Source of the DNA: Sminthopsis crassicaudata
Taxonomy: Eukaryota
DNA: 64,000 bases
Assembly (NCBI RefSeq): GCF_048593235.1
Contig: NC_133617.1
Location: forward strand, 60,597,767-60,661,766
Reading direction: 5' to 3'
The notes beneath the pieces were generated by a model. The model worked only from the letters and a program-made list of their open reading frames with translations, had not been told where the DNA came from and made no database searches. The position numbers and the translations under genes were made by a program. Position 1 is the first letter of the stretch; each line of letters opens with the position of its first letter. Of this stretch, positions 23,973-36,142 are shown in pieces.

Positions 23973-24439
23973 GTAAGTATTCTATTTCATCCTGCAAACA
24001 TGGTGGTGGTAGCTGGGGTGAGTAAGGAGGGTGGGAATCTGTTTATATGCACTTCCAGGGAGGATCTCACCATCTTACTGGAAGCATTGTACATTTAAAC
24101 AGATTAGTACAATATAAAGCAAGATGTGATCAGGGTAGAAGAAAGGCAGCTCAGGGGAGCAGAGAGAGGATTAAATTGAGGTATGAATATTAGCTCTGCA
24201 TTTACTAACTGGGTAAACTTTATCATGCTCCTCCGGACCTCAATTTCTCATCTGAAAAAAGTCTTTTTCAACTCTGAGATTCAGGGATTCTTGGAGAGGT
24301 CTTAAGAAAATCGGGAGGAGAGAGAAATGGGAAAAGGGCCTAATCTTTTGGAGATGTGGACAGCTGTTCTTGAGCCTTATATGCCACTTCCCTTACCTTT
24401 TCTCTTCTCTAACTGTCCCTTCCTATCTTTCTGCCCCAG

Positions 24440-24568
24440 GAACACCGCTTAGCTGACCTCCAGAGATCATATACTCAGCTGGTGCACTGGATGCAGGATC
24501 AGCAAAAAGCCCCTAGGATGCAGTTTCAGCCGCTGAAGATGCCCTGCACCAATGGAGATGCCACTTGA
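24440..24568 (+). CDS. RASAL3: RASAL3 last coding exon (EHRLADLQRS...QPLKMPCTNGDAT*)
   Basis: cccag acceptor; TGA at 24566-24568; resembles the recalled human C-terminus QPLKAPCLNGDTT. Confidence 0.93.
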   Translation, partial: EHRLADLQRSYTQLVHWMQDQQKAPRMQFQPLKMPCTNGDAT

Positions 24569-24839
24569 CCCTGTTCATGGTTAGGTTGGGCTTCTATGTA
24601 GGCACTGACGTAGATAGAGGCAGATAGCAAAGTATGGGAACCAAGGTGCAGACCCAGGCTGCCAACATTTCCTTTGTCCTCTGCCAATCTACCTTCACCC
24701 CTCAGTCCTTGGGCTCTACCCGTTTCTGTCCCTGTTCTATTGGCCTCAAGGAGGCAAGGGGGAGCAGGATTGGGCATGATAAGTTTTGACTGATGGAATC
24801 CCCCAACACAGAACTTTGCATCATAAAATTGCGAATTGA

Positions 24840-24845
24840 AATAAA
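24840..24845 (+). terminator. RASAL3: RASAL3 polyadenylation signal
   Basis: First AATAAA after the stop (about 270 nt downstream), followed by a T-rich tract. Confidence 0.7.
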
Positions 24846-24859
24846 AGTTCTATTTTTAA

Positions 24860-25190
24860 AATAGTATTTTACTTTTTTCAAATACATACAGATACTTTTA
24901 AGCATTCACCTTTGCATAACCTTGTGCTTCAATTTTTTCTCTCTCTACCTCCAGACAGCAAGCAATCCAATATAGGTTAAACATGTACAAATCTTCTAAA
25001 CATATTTCCATATTTATCATGCTGCACAAGAAAAATCAGACCAAGAAGGAAAAATAAATGCAAGAAAGAAAAACAATAAACAAGCAAACAATAAAAAAGG
25101 TGAAAAATACTCTACTTTGATCCATAGTCATATTTCCCAAGTTCTCTCTGGATATGGATGACATTTTCCATCCCAAGACTATTGGTTCTT
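24860..25190 (-). mobile_element. L1 3' end, antisense
   Basis: ttaagcattcacctttgc...ccatatttatcatgctgcacaagaaaaatcagacca. Confidence 0.65.
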
Positions 25191-27974
25191 TCTAAACATC
25201 ATGGCGCAAAGTGTGAGTAGGGCTGTCTCTTCCCCCTGTGAGGGCCACTTTCGTTGCTTATTTTTCCCTTGACTGGTCCAGGAGAGCATTCAAAAGCTGA
25301 GCTCCCCAAAACCTAAATTATTGTCTAGACTTAGTACAGTGGAATATAAGCTGAATTTGCAGTGAGAAGATCCAGGTTCAAATCCTGATTCTGTTACTTG
25401 GTAGCTGTGTAACATTGGAATAACTCAAACTCTCTGGGCCTTAGTTTCCTTGTCGTAAATTGAGGTACTTGGACTAGATAACTTCCAAGATTCCTTCTAG
25501 CTCTTGTCCTATGACCCTGTAAATGGGTTGCATTGGCTGAACCCATCTGAGAGGTCTTTATCCAAAGCTTGGCTGACCACCTGTCTTGTTCCATATTCAG
25601 GGACAGATTAAGCTGAATTTAGGCTTCTAAGGTTCTAGTTTATTCTAATTCAGTTGGCTCTAATTCAGAGAGGATAACAACTCGATGCTACCTCTGGGGA
25701 CAACCATTATTAGGAGATTCCTCAGTTTTCTATCTGACACTGCTCACCATCATCATCCCTGCCCCCTCCAAAAAAAACACAACCCCCCCAAAACACCCAG
25801 TCTAACTTATTCCAATCAAATCTATAGAACATTTGGAATGCTGGATGCTGGAATACAGGGACAAAAATGAGACAGTGCTTGTTCTCAAGCAGCTCATACT
25901 GTGAGGAGGGGTAGGTTATATGGCAGCAGCTAAGAATATCTATGATTTGAGGAGAGAGAGGTCACAATTAGGGGAATCAGGAAAGGCTTCCTGGAGGCAG
26001 TGGCCCATAAACTGAGCCTTGAAGGAAGCGAGGTCCCAGAAGTTAGAAGAGCAGAGGCACTAAGGGAAGAGACAGTTCAGAGATCTTTTGTGCCTTCTCC
26101 TCACCCACACCTACATTATGTTCTTCTGAGCTCCCATGATACCTGATTATTCCATATTTACATGGCATTTGGACATTTATAAAACTTTGTTCCCAACAAC
26201 TCTCTAAGGGAAGTGGTATATCATGGTCTTCACTTTACCCATGTGCACATTGGGATCAGACAGAGGAATTGACTTGTCTAACATCATAAAGACAGTAAAT
26301 AGATCATTGGGGACTCGAATCTTTAGTGAGATTCTTATGGTCTTTCTCCTGGCATAGACCTACTTCTATCTCCCTCCCATGTCCCTTTTCACATTCTGCC
26401 TCATAATATTATGATTATTCATATTGTATTAATTACTTGTATTCATGTCTTATTGGGCCTTGAGGCCCAATAAGATCGTTGGCTCCTTGAAGGCATGGAT
26501 TGTGCCATATTGATTTATTCCCCCCAGTTAGTACCAGGGCAGGGCTTTGCAGCTAGATTACTATGCCTGAGCTAAGGAGGTAAATGGGGGTAGTGATACA
26601 ATTCAGGTGAAAGGGAGAGTTGAAAACCTTTGTCTTTTTTCTTTTGCATCTACAGGAACTCATAAAGGTGTGTTGTTGGGGGTAGGGTAGTGAGAAGAAA
26701 GGTTCACCTTCCCTTCTCTTCTCCCTGAGCTGTCCAGGGAGGCAAACATTAGACGAGAATCACTGAGCTCTGAAACTGAGAAATGGCCAGAAGGAAGAGA
26801 CTGTGGCTTTGGGAAGGGAGAGCTCAGTACCACAGTACAAAGGAAAGCACACTTGCCTCTGAGGCAGAGGAAGGCTCTGTGTTTAGGTCACTTGTGAAGT
26901 CCTGAGCAAAATTTTCAACATCTTGGGACCTCAGATCCTTCACCAGAAAAATAGGGAAAAGACTATTACTTAAAGGAAAAAGCTTTTCTTTTATGAATTG
27001 GGAGGAAGAAAGGGCCTGTGTTATACTGAATTATTCTGATTTTTTGAGGTTAACAGGCGTCCTAGCTGAACCAGTTGCATTTCCTTTTTTCTTCTACATT
27101 ATTATCCAAGAATCTCATTAAACAAGCATATACATGTGAATGTATAGATATATGTATATGTGTGTATGTGTATATATACATATATGTATGTGTGTGTGTG
27201 TGTATATATGTAAAATGATTACTCTGTGCCTGTCACTGTGCTAAGAACTAGAAAGGCAAAAGAAAGCAAAAACACTACTGCTGGGGGTTGAGGGGAGGGA
27301 AGAATTAAAAAAGAAATTGACACAATAATTTGTTGTATATTTAACAGAAATAGCAAGTTGTATGCAGTAGATTTGCAATTTTATTTACAATCATCTTTTT
27401 TATTGTTCTGTATGGAAATGCTTGTTTTATTTCATAAATTAAAAATAAAACAAACCAAAAAACCCCTCAATCCCTGCCCTTAAGGAGCTTACTGCTTAAG
27501 AGGTAACTAACTAGGCATACACTAAAAAAGATGGAAAGTCACCTTAGAGGGGCATCTCCTGAATCTGGGAAGATTGGGAAACCCCCGAGGGTTGGATAGT
27601 TTGAATTTTGAAGGAAAGCAGAGATTCTAAGAGGCAAAGGTGAGGGGGCAAAGGCTGGGAATGAGGGCTTTGTATCAGGAACAGCTAGTAGGTCTTTGTG
27701 GTCAGATCATAGAGTGTGCAGAAGACAGTAAAATATACAAAGACTGGGAAAGAAGGATAGTAAAGACCTTTAAATATCACATCAAAATTACTATTTGATC
27801 CTAGACTTATACTTGGAGTTTAGTGAGCAGAGGGAGAGGTACCATGGTCAATCCTGCGCTTTGGGAGTCCACTGGAGCACCAGCACACATGAGCAGGACT
27901 ACAGATACAATTCAGCATGATTTTTTTTTCATTGATTCCCTTTATTTTTATGAACATTTGCTCTCTTGAAGAAT

Positions 27975-28180
27975 TTTTTTATTTATTTTAAAATTTTTAA
28001 TAGTTTTTATTTACCAGATATATGCATGGGTAATTTTACAGCATTGACAATTGCCAAACCTTTTGTTTTAATTTTTCCCTTCCTTCCCCCCCCCCCACAT
28101 GGCAGGTTGACCAATATGTGTTAAATATGTTAGAGTATCAATTAAATACGATATGTGCACATGTCCAAACAGTTATTTTT
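27975..28180 (-). mobile_element. Young L1 3' end (same family as 56-343)
   Basis: tttttatttaccagatatatgcatgggtaattttacagcattgacaattgccaaacc is the reverse complement of the 250-300 sequence. Confidence 0.8.
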
Positions 28181-29129
28181 CAGCATGAATATATTAAATG
28201 CCACCTCTGTGCTAGGCACTAGGGATGTGGAGCTAAAGATGAAAAGGGAGCTGCCCTCCCAGGGATTCCATTCTCCCGATGTAGGGCAGATATGAAACAT
28301 ATGTTGATAAACAAATACAGGACAGAGACAACATGATTTAAGGAGGAAGAGACATGTGTGGGTTTTTTGGGTAGTGGGGGTGGTTCGGGAATGACTATGA
28401 AGGAAATCTGTCAGGCTTCAGGATGGAGATGATGAGGAGTATCTTCCAGGACGGGAGGCGTTCTCTATAGAACCAGAGAGAAAGGAATGTCACATCTGAA
28501 GAAGGCGGAATATGGAGGGCACAAAGGGGAATAATATGAAATTAGACTTAATTAGGCCTTAAGGGGAGAGATTTAAAACCAGGCTTCTTCACATCGGAAA
28601 TTTTTTAGTGGAGGGATAACATGGTCAGATCTGTGTTCTAGAAATATCAAACTGATAGCCCTATGGAGGATGAAGTAGAAAGGGTAAGAGACAGAGGCTG
28701 GAAGACCGATGAACAGGATATTACAGTAATCCGGGCAAGGGATGATGAGGGGAAGATCTGTGAGTATAGAGAAGGGGCACATGTGGCTGGGTAGCCCGGT
28801 GGGCAGACGCTGGGCTGGATTCAGGATAAGTGCGAATCTGGCCTTGGATACTCTAGGTAAGTCACTTGATCTCTGTCTGCCTCAATCTGTAAAATGGGAA
28901 TAATTTCAGCACCTACAATCCCCCTCCCCCGGGCTGTTGTGTGTTTGGTACAGTATTTGTAAAGTGCTTTGCACACCTTAAACTACAAAAATGTTATGTT
29001 ATTATTCTCACACAAGAAGTATTGGGTAAGGATTAGGAAAGAGAAGAGTTGGGAATCTTGAAGAATGGAAGGATGGCGCTGGCCACCATAGAAATGAGGA
29101 AATCTGGAGGAGGGCTAAGTTTTCTGGAG

Positions 29130-31830
29130 AAAGGTTTGTGATGCCCATGGGACAGAATGTGGGACCGCCATTACCGGACTACGTGGATTTGGGAATCGCA
29201 GGGGCTCTCAAACCGCGCCCGGGCCGGACGTACCGCAGAGGACGGTTATGGGCCCGGTTACGGGCCGAGGGCGGAGACGGAGCGGGAGCTTTTGTTCTTA
29301 CTCTAGTCCGGCCTCCCGCAGTCTGAGGGACCCGGAACCGGCCCGTTTAAACAGTTTTCAGACCACTGCTCTAGAGGGGACAAGCGAAGAGGGGGAACGA
29401 TTACTCTCATAGATAGCTCTGCACGTTTTCTCCCCCGCGGATGTGAGCTCGTTGAGGGCAGGGACCGCTTTCTTTCGGCTGGCATTTGTGTCTCCATGCC
29501 TGGAGAGTTCTCTTGGGCATCCCGGAGTAAGAGCCGAAGGAAAGGTTTCGGCGGCCGGGCAGGAGGTCTGAGAAAAGGCGGTGGGGGTAACATTTAGCCT
29601 AACCTTGGAGAGAGCTTTTTGTGCTCCGCGTAGCCGGAAGCCAGACTGCGTGAGGGCGAGGTGAGGAAATCCTGGGGTTCGGGTAAAGGGGAGTACAGAT
29701 TTCGGCCGACCATCCCCAGGAAGAGCCGGGACAAGTCGAGGTTAAAGACTCGGACACTTGGACTCGTTTGTGGGCCAAGAGTGAGAAACCAGTGAATGGT
29801 GACGGAAAATGAACAAAGGGCCAGATTCATAAACTCGGAGCCCGAAGAGACGGGAAGATGGGTCAAGAGAACAAGAACTTAGGATGGCCCTCGTGCCGTC
29901 GGGTCAAAGAGGACTCCTAGACGGAGGGGGATGGGCGGAAGGAGCGTGGATGTTGGTCCACAGATTCATGGAGAGACACGGGGCTTGGGAAGGGACGGGA
30001 ATGGCAGGGGTGGAAACCAAGAGCCAAAAAACCCAAGCCAGAGCGCTGGCCCGAAGTGGTGGGAGTGCGCCCCCGAAGGGCGGAGCGACGGCCGGAGAGC
30101 CGGGGCCCAGCATTCTCGTTACTTTACATTCCGGACGCCGGCCCCGGCTGACGGCCCTGGGAGTCGGAACCTCAGGGCTGGAAGGGGTGTCCGAGGCCGC
30201 GGACTTCCTTTTTCCTTAATAAACAATCACCTGTTCGGTGAGCTGTCCCTCAGTCTCTGCTGGAAGCCTCCTTTGGGATGCGGGGTCCGACAGGCTTTGG
30301 GGCAGCTCTCCCTGTTACTAGGCTTTTCTACGGGGGATGTCACTCAGAGCCTGCATCCCCAGACAGAGCCCGCTCTGCCACGGGAGAGGGCGGCGTGCCC
30401 GGGACAGTCCCCTCTTTTTTGTGGGGCCCTTTCTGGGTCAGTTCTTCACCGTTCCGGCCCGGCCCATTCCCCGGCGCTGGGGGGACGTTACCCTGGCACC
30501 CCAGATCCCGCTTCCTCGGCTCGCCCTCCCCCGCCGCCTCTCAGAGGCCGGGTGCGCGGCGATCTCCGCGGGGGAGGGTGAAATGAGGCCCGGGAGGACG
30601 CAGGCCCCCGGACTCTGCTCCTCCCAGGGTGCTGTCATTTGTAACAGGTGCCATGTTTTTGGCCCTGGGGGAGGGGCCACAGAGAGCTGAGACCTCTGGA
30701 GAAGACTGGGGGGCGGGGAGGGGGTGTCCAGGGACTGGGCTTGAATCTGCATTGAAGGACTTGACTTTGAATTCCGGCTTGGCCCACTTACTTGCTTCAT
30801 GACTTTGGGTTAGTCACTTCTCTTACTCTGGGCTGCACTTTTCCCCTCAGTATAATGAGAGGGTTGGATGATCTCTAAAGGTCCCTGGCAGAGCCCAGAG
30901 CACTCCTGAAGGACTGCGGTCCCTTTAAGTCGGCAGATGATGTCCTAGCCACTCCGAACATGGCGTCGAGCTACCCGCCACACCCCTTCCCTCCCCCCAC
31001 CCCAAAGGGAAGCAGCTGCGGCGGCAGCGGCGGCGGCGGTGTCGGCGGCAGCTTGGGGGGGCGGGGGGGAAAGAGAGGTGACCCCGACCTCCCCAACATG
31101 GCGTCACGACGGGGCTGTCGCGCTGAGGTCACGGCGGCGCGCCGGGGGGCGGAGCGGCCGGGCCGCGGGGCGGGAGGGGGCCGGGGGAGAGATTTAAAGG
31201 GACAATGTCCCCGGCGCGGCGGCGGAGGCCGCGGGACCGGGACAGGCGGCGGCGGCAGCGGCAGCGGCAACGGCAGCGGCGGCCGCGTTGAACGGAGCCC
31301 GGAGAATCCCGGGCCGGCCGGCAGCGCCGCCCTGCGGTGAGTCTTGCCCTGGGACCCCCGCCCGCCTGATCCGACCCGGCCCGGCCCAGGGAGCCCCCGT
31401 CGCTGCGGGCGGGGCGGGGCGGAGCCGCCGGGGGAGGGAGAGGCCCCGGCCCGGTCCCGGCCCCGACCCCGCGCCCGCCCCCACCCCCCCCACCCTCCCC
31501 TGCCCGGCGCGGCCGGGACCCCCAGGGGCCAAGGGGCGGGGGGCTCGAGGGCCCGGGGGCGGGGCCTATCCGGGGGCGGGGCTGGGGGGCGGGGTCCGGG
31601 CAGGTGGGGAGAGGGGCGAGCCCGGGCTGGGGGCTGGGGGAGCCCCGGGGCAGGTGTCCCTGGGAGGCGGGGCCGCTTCCCCTTTCCTCGGCTGGCGGCT
31701 GGGGGCTGGGGGCTGGGCCAGGCTGGGGGCTGGGGTGGGCCTGGCCCTGCATCTACTCTCCCTTGGGGCAGGAAGCCCCGGAGGCCTGAAGCCCCCGGGA
31801 GGCGCGGGCCTGGGTCGCCGGACCCCTCCC
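29130..31830. promoter_or_regulatory. WIZ: CpG island containing the main WIZ promoter
   Basis: High CpG/GC density; two AACATGGCGTC YY1-type motifs (30957-30967, 31095-31105), GC boxes, TATA-like GATTTAAAG near 31191. Confidence 0.9.
31200..31336 (+). other. WIZ: WIZ non-coding exon 1 (5' end approximate)
   Basis: Consensus donor CG|GTGAGT at 31336/31337 within the island core; CGG/CAG-rich leader. Confidence 0.75.
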
Positions 31831-31831
31831 C

Positions 31832-33052
31832 CATCTTTGCCTCCTTCCCATTCCTTCTCTCTTCTTTCCTTTCCCTTCCCTTCCCCCTTCTTTCCCTTCT
31901 TTTCTCTCTTCTCTTCCTTCCCTTCCTTTCTTGCTTCGCTTCCTTCCCTTCCCCCTTCTTTCCCTTTCCCTTCTTTTGCTCCCCCTTTCTTTCCATCCTT
32001 CCCTCCGTACCCTCCCTCCCATTTCTTCTCTTCCTTCTTTGCCTATCTTCCCTCCCCCTTCCTCCCCTTTCTTTCCTTCCATCTCTCTCTAATTTTCCTC
32101 TCTATTCCTTCTCACCCCCTTTCCTTCCTTCTTCCCCAGCTTCCTTTCCCCTTTCTTCCTTCCCCTTTCTTTCCTTCCATCTCTCTCTAATTTTCCTCTC
32201 TATTCCTTCTCACCCCCTTTCCTTCCTTCTTCCCCAGCTTCCTTTCCCCTTTCTTCCTTCCCCTTTCTTTCCTTCCATCTCTCTCTAATTTTCCTCTCTA
32301 TTTCTCCTTACTCCATTCCCTTCCTTCCCCTATCTTTCCTCCCTCTTCCTTCTTTTCCTTTTCTTTTCTTCTGTTCCTTCCTATCTTCTCCCTCTCCTTC
32401 CTTTTCTTCTTTCCCTCCCTGTCCTTCATCTTTCCTTCCTTCTCTCACTTCTCTCTTCCTTCTCCCCTTCCTTCTTTCTTTCCCTATCTCTTGTCTTTCC
32501 TTCCTTCCCTCCCTAATTTCTTTCTCTATTCCTTTCACCCCCTTTCCTTCTTTCCTCATCTTTTCTTCCCCTTCCTTCCCTCCCCTTTTTTCCGTCCTTC
32601 TCTCCCTAATTTCCTTCTCTATTCCTTTTTACCCCATTTCTTCTTTTATCTTCCCTCCCTTTTCCCTCCTTCCCATTTCTTTCCTTTCTTCTTTTTCTTT
32701 TTCCTTTCCTTTCCTTCCTTTTTATCTTTTCTTTCCTCCTATCTCCCTTTCCTTCCCTCCCTATTTTTCCTCTCCCCTTTCTTTCCTGTCTTATCTCCTA
32801 CTTCCTTTCCTTCCCTTTCCCTTTCCTTCCTTTGCTCCCTATCTTCCCTCTCATCTCCTTCCCTCTCCTTTCCTACTTATTTTCTCTCCTTTATCTTTCC
32901 TCTTCCTCTTCCTTCTCCTCTTTTCCTCATTCCTTGTTTCCCTTTTTATTCCTTTTCTTTCATCTTCTAATTCTCCACTTTTCCTTCTCTCCTCTTTCCT
33001 CCTTTCTTCTCTCTCCCCCTTTGCACATTCTCTTTCCCCGCCCACCTTCTCT
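31832..33052 (+). repeat. ~1.2-kb polypyrimidine tract with a 98-bp internal tandem unit (x2.4, 32064-32302)
   Basis: Almost exclusively C/T on the + strand; units start at 32064, 32162 and 32260. Confidence 0.9.
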
Positions 33053-34322
33053 GTAGACCTAGGATAGGAAGAAGAGGGTTATAGGTGAGGCAAAGCCAGC
33101 TATCATTGGGTATTATGAGGCTGAAGGGACTGAGATTTTGCTGCCTGAGTTGTCTTTTTCACCGTCTCCCCATTCTCAGGCATCATCTCCCAAAAAGCCA
33201 AAGTCCTGAAAAGTCCTGGCCCTGCTGGTTCCAGAAATGATGGTGGCCTCCCCATACCGACTGTGCCCAGAGACTTGGAGTCTACTCTTTAGCTAATTGC
33301 TGTCCTGCCGCTCATAGAAAAAAAAACAAAAAACTTGTCTCTGGATCAGGGCAGGTGGCTGTGGGTTTAACTCTGCCTCTATGGCATCTCCATGGAGCAC
33401 CATTTTTATTTTCTTTTGACCCTTGCTTTTGGGCCAAGATCAGTTGAAAGCCAAGTCTCTTATTGTGGGGACTTTTTTTTTTGGACATAAGGACAGTTAT
33501 CAGGGAGTAAGGACTTGGGTCTGCTTAAGCCAGGTTGAGGATGGCCCTTTGGAGCTCACCTGGGGTAACTCCACTTTCCTTAGGTGACAACCCAGGGAAA
33601 TGCCAGGCCCCTGGTCCTGTGTTCTCTAACCCCAAAACAGGGAATGGCGGCTCCCTGAACCAGCAGCCTGAGAGAAGTGGGGTAGTTCTGCTAGCCTTGC
33701 CCCAGGAGTCCTTGGTAATCTATGCTGCTTTGCCTGTCCCTTAGTTTTCTACTCAAAACCAGCCCTCCCTCCCCCGTATCCCTCCCTGGCCTCAGTCAGT
33801 GGGCCCCATTCTTCTCTCTTCCCAACCTGTCTCTTGAGACAGTGCCTCATTCCTGTCCTTCACTTTCCGCTGTTACCTTGAAGGTATTTATAGGAAACTG
33901 GCTCAGATCCCCCCACCCCCACCCCAGCTAACTCTTTGTTTCTGGACCAGTGAGGCCTCCTCTCATCCTTCTTCTGGGGCCTCCCTGGGTCTGACCTCTA
34001 ATCTGCCTGCCCACCGGCATGACTTTTGGGGTGGGGTACTAAAGTATGTCAGGGAAGAGTAGATGATGAGGACTGGGACACAGGAAAAGCTGAGGTGGGG
34101 AGAGAAAACAGTCCTAAAGGTTCCTTGCCAGCCTCCAGGCAGGAACTTTTTAATCTTCCCCTCCAGCTTCACGGTCTTGCTTGTGTTCTGCCATTCTGCC
34201 TCCCGGGTCCCTGGGAGCCACCTGCTTCTCTCCTTTCCTAAGTGTTCTCCGTTCTCCCCTGCCAGATTCCTGGAGAGCTGGATGCCTCTGACAATGTCTT
34301 GCTGAGCTTCCCGAGCCCAGGG

Positions 34323-34539
34323 ATGGAAGGCCCCCCTGGGGGGGGCACAGCCCCACCACCCAGGCCTGCTGTCCCCGAGAGACCGCCTAGCTTGGTCCTG
34401 AGATCAGAAAGTGAAGAAGATGTGGAAGCTGAAGATGGTGAAGAGGGTAGCCCTGTGTCGGCCCTGTATCCAGTCAGGCCCCTTGGTCCCAGAAGCTTGG
34501 AGGGCCTCAGGGATCTGCAGGATAATGATGGTGTTGCTG
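34323..34539 (+). CDS. WIZ: WIZ exon 2 coding part (MEGPPGGGTAPPPRP...DNDGVA); exon starts at 34266
   Basis: Acceptor gccag at 34265, ATG 34323 (gggATGG), donor G|GTAAG at 34540; 217 nt, phase 1; similar to the recalled human MEGSLAGSLAAPDRP. Confidence 0.85.
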
Positions 34540-35915
34540 GTAAGAGGTCTAGGGGTATAGTCCCCAGGAGAGCATGGCATGCCTCCCACTGGGAGGGCAA
34601 GGGTGAAGGGGGGATGGCACCTTGTTAGGCAAAAATGGCTTTGGTTTCACAGGGATACAAGGCAGAGCACGAATGAAAACTCTGCTCTGCGGATTGGCCT
34701 TCTCGGGAAGAGTGTCTGGCTGAAGCCCTGTTCCCCAAGTCCAGGGGTGGGGGTGGTAAGTGAGAGCTGGTCTGTCTCCTACCTCCGGTGGGAATCCTCC
34801 TGGTCATGACTGGTGATGGCTCCTGTGACCTTTAACCTGCTTCACATTTATGGTCCGTGGGCCTTTGTTCTCTCCCTAGGGCTTCTTGCCTCTCTGTGGA
34901 TCCCGAAACACAGAGTGTAGATTTCCCGGGAGGTTGTTCCCTTTCTTTCCATCCTCCTTTTCAAAAAGACTGACTGCTAACCACCCAGTGGGAAACCGGG
35001 GATCAGAGAAGGGAAGGGCTATTGCTACAGCAAACGAGAGCCAAGTGTGTGGCCTCAACTGGGTCAGGGTGTCTGGGGCTCAGCTGGGCGAGATCTGGTG
35101 TATCTTCCTTCCTCACTGAATGGAGGGGCAGAGGGGCCAGGTCTGCTGAGCTTGTGGCCTCTGGCGGCTGGATGGCTGGATGTCCCCTTGCTTATGCTTC
35201 AGTTTACTTAGCACTTGGGAAGATGTTCAGTGAGAAGTACAGGAGTCCCTTCCATAGGAAGCCAGGATGCTGAGGTCCTGTTTTCTGCCCCTCTGTGTTT
35301 GAAGAATCTCACACAACTCCTCTTCCTGACCTCCCTTGGGAATTCTGGGGCAGGGGCACCTGTCCTCCTGTCAAACCCATCACAGAGAAAGTCAGGGCCC
35401 CTTACACAGAGGCACCCAGACTCGGGGATTCCTGCAGGGTGAGGGTGGGGCACAAGAGAACTCGAATCCTCTCTCAGCAGGATTTTCTACTCTGCTGTTC
35501 TCTAGCTATTCCACTCTTTGGTGAGCTCTCCCTAAGAACTCCTGCCTGCAGCCCTGTCTTGGTCTTTGATTAGCCCCTCAATCCCTCTGTACTCCCAGTG
35601 GTGTGTGAGCGTGCCTCTGTCTCCACAATTGGGCTCTAACCTTTCTGGCCTTGTGTCTGACCGCCTCTGTCCTTCCGTGCATTCTAGGAACCCTGGCTGC
35701 TTTCTTTCTCGCCTTTTCCTCCTGCCCTCACCCACCTCCTGGTCTTTGCTCATCCTGTCCCTGTGACTGAGATTTTTGCCTCCTTGGGAATTCCTCAGTT
35801 ATATATCTCTACTATGACTTTTGTTCAGTCCGTTCAGCTCCCATTTTATGTTCTCGTTCTGTGCAAGACCCTACTTTCGAGGGGCTTCTAATCTGATGGG
35901 AAGGAAAGCTGTGCC

Positions 35916-36142
35916 CAGGGGTGTGCTGGTAAATGTTTAGCTGGGAGCAAGGGGAGGGGAGGAGAACACATACTTTAAAGTTTAATCTACATCATTAACA
36001 TTTTCTCCACTTTCCTAAGTCTAGATGATCAACAAAACAATAAATCAAGCCCTGATTTGCTGATTTATGAGGTATAAATGCTCACATTGAAAATTTTGAT
36101 AGTTAGCAAGAGCTGGTTTGAGCTGGCTCCAGCACACCCCTA
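35916..36142. mobile_element. hAT (MER63-like) MITE
   Basis: 14-bp TIR CAGGGGTGTGCTGG / CCAGCACACCCCTA (13/14 match); TSD not evident. Confidence 0.6.

Noticed and set aside
31337-31830. Orthologue of human MIR1470 near WIZ exon 1
   Set aside because: No recognisable mature sequence or clean hairpin.
30960-32970. 200-340 aa Gly/Pro/Arg-rich and Phe/Ser/Pro-rich ORFs on both strands
   Set aside because: Expected from stop-poor GC-rich and polypyrimidine DNA; no domain content.
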